DNA from: Sphagnum compactum
Lineage: Eukaryota
NCBI GenBank assembly: GCA_965153455.1
Contig: OZ234493.1
Coordinates: 29,936,213 to 30,000,212 of the forward strand
Direction: 5' to 3'
Length of the DNA: 64,000 nt
Shown: piece by piece, positions 53,170 to 64,000 of the stretch
How positions within the stretch are numbered: the first letter of the stretch is position 1
Layout: every line of letters begins with the position of its first letter
Program-made: the position numbers and the translations under genes
Notes under the pieces: generated by a model
What the model saw: the letters and a program-made list of their open reading frames with translations, nothing else
What the model was told of the DNA's origin: nothing
Database searches by the model: none

Positions 53170-54460
53170 ACCATGATCAGACTTTTCTTAAAGCATCAGA
53201 GCTTGCTTCTCTTCAGCTCTTCTTGTATCATAGTGGCATTGGAAAAAAAATCCATGCAGTTTCTTTGGAGTCTTTCAATGGCAAATATTCCATCATGTGG
53301 ATAGAGAAAAGGGAGAGAGAGATATTGACTCTGGCACCACTGCAACATCTGTGACACATAGCTCTCGCAAACTCCCAATTCAGCTCTGTTTGGATCTTGT
53401 TGGGCAGGCTCACTCACCCATGAGCTCCATCTGAAGTGCTGACCATCACGACAGGGTGGGGGCAGCTCAGACTGTGCAAGAGAGGACGGATATTTGGTGG
53501 GATTCCTATGTGATTTTTAGGTTTGGCAGTCACCACCTGTTGCCACTGCCACTGCTGCTTGCAGTTGCTACACATCCTTTTTCATAAGAGGAGATACTTT
53601 CAAGGAGATAATTGAGATTGTAGCTGCCATGGAGGGGATTTGTACAAAATTGATGATAGGACATTGTCCAAGCAAGGGTTTGAGGAAATGTTGCGTTTAA
53701 CAATTGAAGCTTGTGTTTGATTAAATGGTTTGAGCCCAGCTGCAACAAACATCTTCAAGTGCAGGTCTCGTGCAGGTGCCTTGAAGGTTGTTGTTGATGT
53801 CAATGTCTGGTTGCTTGAAGGGTGTTGTCAATGTCAATGTTTGGGTGTTTGATGGGTTATGTCAATGTTCATTTGCTTGGCATGTGCTTAGTCTCCCTTG
53901 CTCATTGAGTCCTACTCTGATTTCTGGCTGGGATTTCTGTGACAGAGATCTGGGCAGTTGTATTGATTGTTGTGTTTTGCTGCTATGAAACAGAAAATAC
54001 ATCACATGATTCCACCACAACCTTCAGCAGATTTTGGAGACGAAGTTTGCAGTGTTTTTTCCATTTTGATTTGCAGTGTACTTTTTAGCTTCAATCAGCT
54101 GTGGATTGTATGATTTAATGCAGATCCATAGTTGGAGTGGTGGCCAACCATTGCGACCAAATGAAGGCAGTTTATGGAGAGTAGTCTTGTGCTCGTCACA
54201 ATTTGAGAGTGAACTCAAGAAATGGATTCATGTGAAAAACTTTGCTACTTTTGAATATCTGTGAATATATATATATATATCGTTGCAATCTGTGAATGTC
54301 TATCACTGTCGGAGAGTAAAATCTCAAGAGACAGGATCAATGCTTAAGAAATTTGGTACAAAAGGTAAATAAATAATAGTATGTTGCACTGAGGATCAAT
54401 CTCCAAATTGCTCAGAACACTATAACTTAATCTTGACTCAAATTTGTAGTCCCTGATTTT

Positions 54461-54775
54461 ACTCCTAGTTTTGGGAGGTTTTGAAAACTGAATACTCACT
54501 CTGTTTTTGGGTCTCTCTTCTTCTCCATCCACACTTTGAAACAATATATGGGTCTGGTGTTTTTTTCTCCTAGTTTTTGATGGTTTGGAAAACTTTTTAC
54601 TGTCTGTCTCTGTATCTCTCTTCTTCCCACACTTTATAAAACAATAGGTATATGGGTCTGGTATTTTTGTTCCTAGTTTTGGGTGGTTTTGAAAATTTAT
54701 TACTCTCTATTTTGTGTCTCTTCTTCTCCATCCACACCTTAAAACAATAACTACATGGGTCTGGTGTGTTTTGCT
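54461..54775. repeat. Diverged ~105-bp unit x3
   Basis: tcctagttttgg..ggttttgaaaa...cttctccatccacac.tt.aaacaata...atgggtctggt at ~54462, 54568 and 54671. Confidence 0.85.
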
Positions 54776-55370
54776 CATGTAATCTAAGCATGATGCAAGA
54801 AAAAACAGCTTTGCTGGTGCAATGTATGTCACTACTTACCCAGATGTTTGCCCGATTCAAGCTTCAGATGGGTTGTTGTCACAAGTCTGCTGAACTTGAG
54901 CTTTGAAATTGCAAACAAACACGAGTGTACATATGTATGTATGTATGTATAGTTATGGCAGAAAATACGACGAGAGTAGTGTCGATCTTGCACAAACAAC
55001 ATCATCTCGTAAATGGATGAAAGTCGCGAACGTGAACTTTGATCCCCGAACGTCGCCACTCGTCAATGTACTCTTGTTCTTGTTCTTCTTCTCTCTCTCG
55101 CGACATAGCTCCGAGATTTGCATATCCGCCTTGCACTGCTTGTCGCGGACTCGCGTGCGAGACTGCTTTCGATTACAGCAGCTCTTACTCTTTTAGACCC
55201 ACGCCTGGGTTCTGGTATTTTTGATTTTAGCATTTTTTTCTCTTTGGGTGTTGGGTTAAGGATTTCTCGCTTTCATCCTGTTAGGGTTTGGTGCAGAGGA
55301 CCTAGTAGAAGTTGGCAGCAGCAGATCGGACACAATTTGTTTTTGGGGCGTGTGGCCTTGAAGAAGAAAG

Positions 55371-55970
55371 ATGAAGATGGAAACGGGGTTGCCGGTGTCG
55401 CAAGGGACCGGAGTTGCTTCCACTCCTGCAGGCCGTGCCTTTATGTCACGGGGACGAGAGGCCGTGCGATTTGCCCTAGCGCAGAAGCGTCCATGGGGAG
55501 AAATGGTAGATCGGTCTTCGTTCGCCAAGCCTGAATCCCTCGGGGATGCCACGACGCGGATTCGGAAGAATATGAGTCACTTCCGCATCAACTACGGCAT
55601 TATTATTGTGGACGTTGTTGCATTGAGCTTGGTGTTGCATCCGGTGTCCCTTTTCATGTTAGGGTTAGTGCTTGCGGGATGGACTTATCTCTACCTTGTG
55701 CGCACGGAGCCCTTGGTAGCGTTCGGAAGGACTTTCAGTGAGCGGGAGATTCTTGTCATCATGGGTGTGCTCTCCATTGTGGTGGTGCTGATGACCAATG
55801 TGGGATACATATTGATGTCCGCCTTATTGGTAGGATTTCTTATCACTGCTGCCCATGGTGCTTTCCGTGTACCTGATGATCTCTTCCTTGACGATCAGGA
55901 GGCCTCTGGGGGTTTCCTATCATTCCTTGGCTCTGGAGCCACTGGTGTTCCCATGGTATCTCATGTGTAG
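55371..55970 (+). CDS. PRA1: Prenylated Rab acceptor 1 (PRA1) family protein, clade B-like
   Basis: Intronless 199-aa ORF with RPWGEMVDRSSFAKPESLGDATTRIRKNMSHFRINY, LHPVSL, PLVAFGRTFSEREIL and AHGAFRVPDDLFLDD, plus two long hydrophobic segments. Confidence 0.95.
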   Translation: MKMETGLPVSQGTGVASTPAGRAFMSRGREAVRFALAQKRPWGEMVDRSSFAKPESLGDATTRIRKNMSHFRINYGIIIVDVVALSLVLHPVSLFMLGLVLAGWTYLYLVRTEPLVAFGRTFSEREILVIMGVLSIVVVLMTNVGYILMSALLVGFLITAAHGAFRVPDDLFLDDQEASGGFLSFLGSGATGVPMVSHV

Positions 55971-56692
55971 ACCCCCCCCCCCCCCCCCCCCCATCTCCCC
56001 CCCTCCTTTTTCGAGCTTGCAGGCACATTTTGTGTCATGTTCCTCCACACATCAAACTTGAGTAGGTCATTCATTTCCTCAGGCCCACCCTTGTTGAGAC
56101 TCCCTTTCAGAGATTGCATCCTGGGCATATAAGCTCAACTCTCCTTTGTTGCAGCTAGGGTGGTGAGAAGAGACAAGAGACTTTCAATTAGGTTTGGATT
56201 TCCAGATGGGTTCAGAGCACCCTAGTTCTCTTCACAGGTGTGAGCATCTCTTAAATTCAGGATTCTCAACTTTATTAATGCAATATAGGTTCAACCCACA
56301 GTAAGAGATGCACCCATCCATTGAGTGTGGTGCACAAAGAGCTGGGGTCTTGTTAACAATTTCTCTCAGAGTATCAACGTTTCAGTCTTTCTTTCTGTAC
56401 ATTGAGGTCTGGAAGTACACCTGCTTTTTCACAACGTCTGGGCATGCATATTATCCAATATTGCATACGCTGATTGAAACTCTTTGGCACTACCCTTCTT
56501 CCTAAGTTGTGTTCAAAGTTCTCAAATTCTTAGATGGCCTTAACTTATGTGTAGCTCTCATCTCTTGCATGTCAACCTAGCAGATTAGTTCAATAGCAAT
56601 ACCTAGGTACTCATATCTAGGTACTTTGACAACTATAAGCTTGTTGTTGATGCTTGCTGTTTGAGAATTTTTGGCATCACAATCACACTGTC

Positions 56693-56695
<3 letters not shown>

Positions 56696-56733
<38 letters not shown>
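56696..56733. repeat. (GA)n microsatellite
   Basis: Seen directly. Confidence 0.9.
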
Positions 56734-56735
<2 letters not shown>

Positions 56736-57148
56736 GGGCTCTCATTTCATGAACTAGAAGCTCTAATTGCAGACTCCTTTTAAGAGTTTTGCCATGGATG
56801 TCAGGTCCTGGTCAAGGTCATTGCAGCATATTCTGGTCAGGTCTTGTTTTTGGTCTAGTCTGGTCTCCAATATGCATGGTAGCAGCATTTCTGGCTACAT
56901 CAAGTTGCTCTTGCTTTTTTTTGTCAATCACTAATCTCTTGTATTCATTGAGGGTGAGAAGGTGACATGCACAAGCAGGTCTAAGAGCCTCTTGTGCGAC
57001 AGGTTGTTCTTGAGTTTCACACAACTCTTACTGACAACAGCTTATTTCTCAACATGAATATGTGATTGGGAGCTCACATAGCTTCCAAGCAGAGCAAGCA
57101 TATATAGAGTGTTTTCACCTATACAAGACCCAAATATTGATTCTCTAT

Positions 57149-57324
57149 CCTCCATGCGTGCTCTGCACATGCATGGCTGGTTAAGGAGCTGAAGATGACA
57201 CTGATGCTAATGATCCAACAACCCACAGAAGGGTCATCTACCCTCCATGTGTGCTCTGCACATGCATGGCTGGTTAAGGGGCTGAAGATGACACTGATGC
57301 TAATGATCCAACCACCCACAGAAG
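57149..57324. repeat. 93-bp tandem duplication
   Basis: cctccatg.gtgctctgcacatgcatggctggttaagg...cccacagaag at 57149 and 57242. Confidence 0.9.
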
Positions 57325-57966
57325 AATTTTATGATGCAGAACACAGCATTATCACATATGCTCTGTTGTCCAGGGCTTGCCCAGATCCAGACAAGAGTTG
57401 TGAGAGCTTTTCCCATCTGCTCTGTATATTTCTTTGTTGTCCAATTTCTTCATGTGTATCCAGATACTGCAATTTCTTCATGGGTGTCCAGATCCACATC
57501 CACTGCACATTCACTTTCACATTGTACTGGTTTAGAAAGGCTGTGAAGACTTATGAAATATGAGACCTGTAAAAGCAGATCAGAAACACAAGTTGAATGA
57601 GTGAAACTGTCATTCTGGGAAATGCAAAGAGATTCACCTGACCCAAACTCTGGTGACTTGAAAGATCTCCAGTTGTGTAAGACATACACAGTGTTCATCA
57701 GACAGTAACAATATCAAAGACAAGGGTTGCAGCCATGGGAAATGCAAGACTCACCTGGTCCCAAACTCTGGCGACTTGAAAAGATCACTGGATGTATAAC
57801 AACAACAACGAGACATGGTCATGATCATCAGATAGTCACAAGATTGATGAGAAGGGTTGCAACAAATCCTGAGGTTTCTTTTGTGAAGAATTGCCTTGAA
57901 CACAAACAAGCCAGTTAAAACTGGTTGAAAGCTCAGCCTAGTCTGCCACTCTTGAATGAAGTTCTC

Positions 57967-58240
57967 CTTCCTGCTGTACATTTTTGGCTTCATCAGCAAT
58001 CCCATCTATCTCTAGAAGCAAAAGAATCTGCCACACAAATGGAGTGGCTTCCTGCTTACATTTTTGCTTCAGCAGCAATCCCATCTATCTCTAGAAGTTG
58101 AAAATTTTTGCCACTTGGGCGGAGTGACTTCCTGCTGTACATTGCATCAGCAGCAATCCCATCTATCTTAGAAGCAAAAGAATAAGCCACTCAAATGGAG
58201 TGACTTCCTGCTGTACAAAATTGCTTCAGCAGCAATCCCA
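57967..58240. repeat. Minisatellite, ~76-81-bp unit x ~3.5, downstream of the AP2 gene
   Basis: cttcctgctgtaca...cagcaatcccatctatct at ~57967, 58048, 58128 and 58204. Confidence 0.9.
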
Positions 58241-58547
58241 GCTATTTTGGAGGAAAATAACACTTGGGCAAACCCCAATTGTCCCTACCTACTGCTGCGA
58301 GCTTTAATGGGTTGCCTGATGTGTCAGTACGCTTCTCTGAAGTTGATTGAAGCAAGCTCCATAGAGAGGAAGAAATGTAAATTACACAGAAGCTTACAAA
58401 TGTTCTCCTGATGTGAGAGTGATCAATCGTGTTCTGGAGAGGCGTTGTTGTTGTAGCGGTCCGTGACTTGGTTGTCGTCGTCCATGTACAACGCACATCG
58501 CGGAGAAAATATAGAGATGAAATGGGTGCAAAAAAGGCTTTCCACCT

Positions 58548-59756
58548 TCACTTGCAATTCGACGACTTCCTTCTCTTGTAAGGACTGAAAAACCATCCGC
58601 CGGAAGAAGAGCCGGAGGATGACGCCTGCTCTTGGACTGCAGATGTGAGCTTTGATGGGACACCCGATGGCCACGCTCTCTCTGCATTTCTCTTTGCCTC
58701 CGTCTTCACAAATTCGACGCTGACCTCCTTCGGTCCTTTATTGATTTCTGGAAACAGTTTAGGAGAGTCAGGGAAGTTGTAGGGAGTCTTGCATTTGTGG
58801 TAGTAGAAAATCCCGGCATCATAAGCACGCGCAGCCTCCTCCCGTGTGCAGTATGTGCCCAGCCAGACCGTCCTCTTTGCGCTTGGAGGCCTGATCTCAG
58901 AGATCCACTTATTGTCCTTTTGCCGGATTCCTTTGAACTCACGGGTGAACGCTGTTCTCTGGACTCCCCGGGGCTCTTCTTGAAGCTCTCGAGATGCTGC
59001 GGTGCTAGCCGTTTCGTTCTCCGAGACTGAAGTGATTGATGATTCTCCTCGAGCCCCATCGCCCTCGGATTCAAATGCAAACCGGCCAACGTCCTCGTGC
59101 TGCGGCACCATCTCTGGTGCTGCTGCAGACTGGTTGATCCTGTGCTGCACTTCAGGTATTCCGTCCAGGATGTACATTTTGGAGTCTTCTTCCATCGCGA
59201 TCTGATTGAGACCGTTCCAAAGACGCGTGATATCGTCGTCTGGACTAGCCATGAAGAAAGGAGGAGGAAGAGTCGTAGTATTTTGTGATACAGTTGACAT
59301 GCACATCACATGCACTTGTTGTTCCTCGTTACCTCTACTTGATGACGTCCGCTTCGCAGTCTTGAAGCTGGTGGAGTTGAACTTTCTGTTGTGCGGCGGC
59401 TGGCTGATGTCGAGCGACGCGGATGGTACTCCAACACCCCGGCCAGGAAACGAGAGAGAATAGCGACAACCAGGCCGAGTGGATGATGCAGGTTGCGCAT
59501 TCGGCGGCGATGAGCATTCTCTCCACTTGCGGCTAGCAATTCTCGGCCACGTTGCGATACCGTTCACGAGAGATGAGAAGTGGCCGTTTCTTCGCGTCAA
59601 CAGCAACGGAAGGCATGAGAGGGACGACTTGCACGATCTCTGCTTCAAAGAACTCCAAAAGCCCTGTACAACGCGCTCAAAAGAGTCCTTGATGTCAGCC
59701 AGAAACTGGCATTGCCGGCGGGGCGCAGCAGCACACATCCCGATAGTCGATGCCAT
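58548..59756 (-). CDS. AP2/ERF-family transcription factor (single divergent AP2 domain, DREB-like)
   Basis: 402-aa ORF. AP2 domain at ~58937-58765: FKGIRQKDNKWISEIRPPSAKRTVWLGTYCTREEAARAYDAG...YNFPDS. C-terminal KRRK is NLS-like. The true start codon is uncertain. Confidence 0.85.
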   Translation of the reverse strand: MASTIGMCAAAPRRQCQFLADIKDSFERVVQGFWSSLKQRSCKSSLSCLPLLLTRRNGHFSSLVNGIATWPRIASRKWRECSSPPNAQPASSTRPGCRYSLSFPGRGVGVPSASLDISQPPHNRKFNSTSFKTAKRTSSSRGNEEQQVHVMCMSTVSQNTTTLPPPFFMASPDDDITRLWNGLNQIAMEEDSKMYILDGIPEVQHRINQSAAAPEMVPQHEDVGRFAFESEGDGARGESSITSVSENETASTAASRELQEEPRGVQRTAFTREFKGIRQKDNKWISEIRPPSAKRTVWLGTYCTREEAARAYDAGIFYYHKCKTPYNFPDSPKLFPEINKGPKEVSVEFVKTEAKRNAERAWPSGVPSKLTSAVQEQASSSGSSSGGWFFSPYKRRKSSNCK

Positions 59757-61623
59757 TACAGTTTTTGCAAAAACCTTTTCTGCTGAAACACGCGCCTAAA
59801 AAGCTTCTCCTGCGCCTGGAAAACCCGCTACTTCGTCTCCCCCACGCTCACGAAACCTCGTGACTCCGGATCGACCAATACAGTGGTGAAGGAACAACAG
59901 ATTGCGGACCTAATCATGCGAAGGAATAATACTAATTTCTTCTCGTCTGGACACACACATCTGATGATTGCAAATGGAGACTCCCTCCACCTGCCGCTAC
60001 CGAACCGGACCTTGTACCTTCAGTAAAGAAAGGAAGAAAGAAAGAAAGTTGGCGGAAAAAAAATGCAACACAACAAGATGCGGCAAGGAATTTAAAGCTT
60101 CAAGTTCCTGTGGTTCGCGTAATTGTTGTTGCGCTGTGAACGTTGCTGCCTGACGACCCCTTCCTTGTTCCTGGCAATGCGCTGAGGGCATCCGAACGAG
60201 AGAAGCGAAAGCCGCGTTGCGGCGAAGAGGATCGTCGGTAAGCTCTGTCCGCGATGCTGCTGCAAAGCGCAAACCCCACGTCCCAAGCTCCCCAGGTCCG
60301 CCGGTTGAAGTTGACCGCGGTTCTTTTTTGCCATTTTTCTTTTCCTTTTTTTTCTGGGCGAATTTTCACATGGTGACAAAAAGTTTTGGAATTATAAATA
60401 AATAAGAATTTGTGTCAGTTTGAAAACATTTGTGAATTTTTCGGGAAATATGAGCCAAAAACTACTTTTCGCTAATTGGCAACCTAATTTTCAAACTTTT
60501 GAAACCAAAAATTTGAAAAAAATAAAAATGGAAAAAAGAAAAAGGACCTAGTTCTTCCTCCCTTACAATTTTTTTTAACAAAACCCAAAAATAAAATAAA
60601 AATGGGGGAAAATGAGGTAATGAAAACTTCAATTAGGCTAACACTTTGTTCAAAATGTGCAAAATTGTCCGCTTTTTGTTGGAAAATTTTGTGAAATTGT
60701 CATATTTGGACAATAGGTAGGTTCCAGCAGGTTGCCAAAATATAGCAGGATTCATTAATTTTTAAAAAATTCCTCTCTACCCAGTAGCCAAATTTGGCTA
60801 ATTCCTCTTGTGGATGATTGGCGGTTGGCTACATCACAAAGTTGATTTATAGCATTTTATAGTTCACTACATCACAAACTTACTATTAGGAACAACAACA
60901 CACCCACATCAACTAAAACCCCAACCAAAGACAAATTATACAAATCTAAACAAGTTAATAATTTATTTAAGTAGTTAATAATAATGAACAAGTTAACAAC
61001 AAATAATTCCAATCAGAAGAAATTTTGAGGAACTGGTATATGGGTGTTTTTTTTTTCCATCTATTGTATGATTCTCCCTAGACAATTTTTTTTAAAAATT
61101 ACCTCATTTCCAAGCTTAATTATCTCATTTCTTTCTTAATAATTATTTTCTCTTTCTTAATAATTACCTCCATATATTCTTATAACTACCTCACTCCTTT
61201 TTGCTACCCGCTAACATGAATATGAAAAAAAATTAACATGTGTCTTTTCTTGCCACCCATGAAATTTATAGTAATTAAAATTAAAATTGACATAAATAAT
61301 AATAAATTATTGAAAAAAAACCATATGAAAACATAAGGAAGAAAAAATAAAAATAAAAATTGATTGTCTATTGGTGGGGAGCCCAAATGGATTAGTGATG
61401 ACTGACCTTGTCTTCACCAAAGACCACACTTAGGAACAAACTTTATAATATTTATAATATTCTCAAAAGTGCACGACAATTACATTAATGATAATCATCC
61501 ATGCAAAAAAAAAAACACATTTTTCTTTTTTTTAAATCCCTACTTAGGAACAAGCACAACCCACATCACTAAAACCTGACCAAGGACAATTACAAGAACT
61601 CAAACAACATAACATACAACACC

Positions 61624-61716
61624 TAATGGGTTATGCATGACTTAGAACCATAACGGGTTATGCATGACTTAGAAGCATAATGGGTTATGCATGACTTAGA
61701 AGCATAATGGGTTATG
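61624..61716. repeat. 27-bp tandem repeat x ~3.4
   Basis: taatgggttatgcatgacttagaagca at 61624, 61651, 61678 and 61705. Confidence 0.95.
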
Positions 61717-61965
61717 GTCGTAATTAAAACTTTTATATTAATTAAACCAAGAACAAATTTTTTGTGTGTTCAAGACAAACCATCTTTCCTTATCTCATCC
61801 AATTGGATGACAAAGGACAGATGTTCATCAAAATAGGAATTAGATCTCCCTACAAATCATCCATATTTTGACACCCCATTAAGTTGTTCCTCAACAAAGA
61901 GTTCCCTGTTTGATTAGTACCCTCTTCAAGTTGTACCCTCTTCTACCCTCATACCCTGTCCTGAG

Positions 61966-62408
61966 CAGTGCTGCCCACTTCTTACATTTTCTCAATATCA
62001 GCCGGGTAGGTTATTTCTACTACAATTGAAATGTTTTGTAACCCACAAGGTATGAAATAACCGTTTTCTTTCAATTTTTGGGTACTTGACTGTTATGGAT
62101 TTGCCTTATCAAGTAATACCAGCCGGATATCAATGTTCAAGGTTTTTTGTTTTGGGGGGGGGGGGGGTCAATATCCACGTGGTATGAAATTCATGGTCGG
62201 GTTTTAAATACTTGACCTAAGAACTGTGTAGGATGTCTTCAAAGCAATACCCGACCAAAAAGGGTAAGTCTGGGTAGTCAAACTACACATACCCGGCAGG
62301 CCGGGTACTCTGCCAGTTCATAGTTCATGCCCTCCAGGTCAGTTATTGAAAGCGGACCCTTGTATACTGGTTGATAACCGTTACTTTTTCAATAACTGGC
62401 CAACACTG
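61966..62408. mobile_element. Non-autonomous hAT-type element (MITE), 443 bp
   Basis: TIRs cagtgctgcccactt vs reverse complement cagtgttggccagtt (12/15); 8-bp TSD gtcctgag (61958-61965) and gtcctgac (62409-62416). Confidence 0.8.
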
Positions 62409-64000
62409 GTCCTGACCAACATTTCAAAGAAAAGTTTTAATTTAGCTTAAATGCTGATCATCCATAGGAAAATGAAAGAAAAAATGGCAATCGTCCTTAG
62501 GGAGATTTAGCCAAATTTAGCTATAAATCAGATATGAAATACACATCTTTAATCAACCTTCTTCATTTCTGGCTACACACTGAAAATCGATTCTAGAAAT
62601 TTGGCAATTTTTAGGTATTTTTCCTCTTGCTTTTGATGATTGAAACCTCCAAAGATCATTTCATTTTCAATTTCATTCTTTGAAAAAAATCAATGGTTTT
62701 ATACCCGTTCTCAAAATTTGGTACCCATCGATTTGCATGTTCAAGAAATACTTTGAGTTACCAATTTCTCTATTTACTTTTTCAGTAATATGCACCCAAT
62801 AGAATGTCAAGGTAGGTTTTAGGGTAAATGATATCCCAAAAAAATCTGCATTCCCAGTGGGCTTCTCACAATTGCCAACTAACATTGATGAAGTTCAAGT
62901 TATAAGGGAGAGCTGAAAGTAAATATTGGAGACTTGTGCAACCAAATAAAGAGTGACAACTCTCAAAATGTTTTATTGCTCAAGAATTCAAAATGTTCAA
63001 GGCTTTCATTGTTCAAAACTATAAAGAATATGTTTAGATGAACCATGAATGGAGATGGGTTGGTTTCGTGGTGTTCATCAAAGCTAATAGAGTTTTGTGT
63101 AAAATGTGACAATTCATGGTTCCCATTTTCTCACAGGGTTCTAAAAACAAGCTTGATTTTTTTAATAAATAAAATAAAATTATGAGAAGTTTCCAACGAT
63201 GAAAGTATCAACTTTCAAAAAAATTTAAATTTAAACTAGTTCTCACAAATGTAAATACAATTGGTTATCTCCAATAGTTCTCACAACCTAATTATTGAAT
63301 TTATTTTACTCAAACAATGAAATATGCAATGTGCACCCAAGAATGCACACTTAATATATTCCCCAATTTAGCACGACAATTTGTCCCATATTCCTTGCCC
63401 AAAAATGTGAACATGTATTGGATATATTTGAACTAACCCTTCTCACATTAATGTGTTTGTTCTAATACATTGGGGAACATTAAATACAATCTTAATCAAA
63501 ATGATCCATTGAAATAAAAACATTGAACTTTGGGATGTACTCACATTATAATGCATTCACAAGCAATAAATAGAAAAGATTACATATTACCATAATATTT
63601 GGTCTAATTTGACATTTTTATTTTTATTTTTGATTTTGTTGAAATTTTTGAAAAATGGTATATAATTAGGTCGAAAGTTTTAAAAACCTTAATTGCCATT
63701 TGCCAAACATTCACAAAATTTGGCCATTGTTCATTAGTGATCGAATGTTCAAGAAACCTTTTTTTTTGCACTAGCTCAAATATTGATTACATCAACTTAA
63801 ATATTTTATGCATTGGCTCAAAGATTATCATTGTCAAAATATCTAAAAATAATTACAATTTTTATCCAAATTTTTTAAAATTTTAATAAAAGGTGTCAAT
63901 TTGGATTTCTAAAAATTAATCAAATATTCAACAAAACCTATTGAATTAACCTAGGTATTACAGTGTTTACCCTATAATAGGTATCCCCTTCATCCTAAAC

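Noticed and set aside
52407-53174. 255-aa antisense ORF, and the 306-aa ORF 51897-52817, as independent genes
   Set aside because: Explained by the MIZ1-like exons plus a stop-poor intronic tandem repeat.
184-59756. Functional gene cluster linking dynein, MEX1, PPR, MIZ1-like, PRA1 and AP2
   Set aside because: The functions are unrelated, orientations are mixed and a ~20-kb TE block intervenes. Nothing in the sequence supports a shared pathway.

Overview
AT-rich eukaryotic nuclear DNA from a flagellated-sperm land plant. A bryophyte, possibly a peat moss, is inferred from the gene content, plant TTTAGGG repeats and intron style. Six intact-looking genes are present: (1) the 5' ~2650 codons (24 exons, minus strand, running off the left edge) of an axonemal inner-arm dynein heavy chain; (2) a 9-exon chloroplast maltose exporter MEX1; (3) a convergent P-class PPR gene; (4) a 3-exon MIZU-KUSSEI1/DUF617 gene; (5) an intronless PRA1 gene; (6) an intronless, divergent AP2/ERF gene with a transit-peptide-like N-terminus. 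About 30.7-50 kb is a transposon graveyard. It holds a PIF/Harbinger element whose termini, TSD and later internal inversion can be reconstructed, an interrupted hAT transposase, MITEs and many minisatellites. The most unusual signal is compositional: most dynein exons almost lack CAG/CTG yet are CpG-rich, unlike the neighbouring genes, which suggests a CHG-methylation footprint on a sperm-specific gene. No new multi-gene system is demonstrable from sequence alone.
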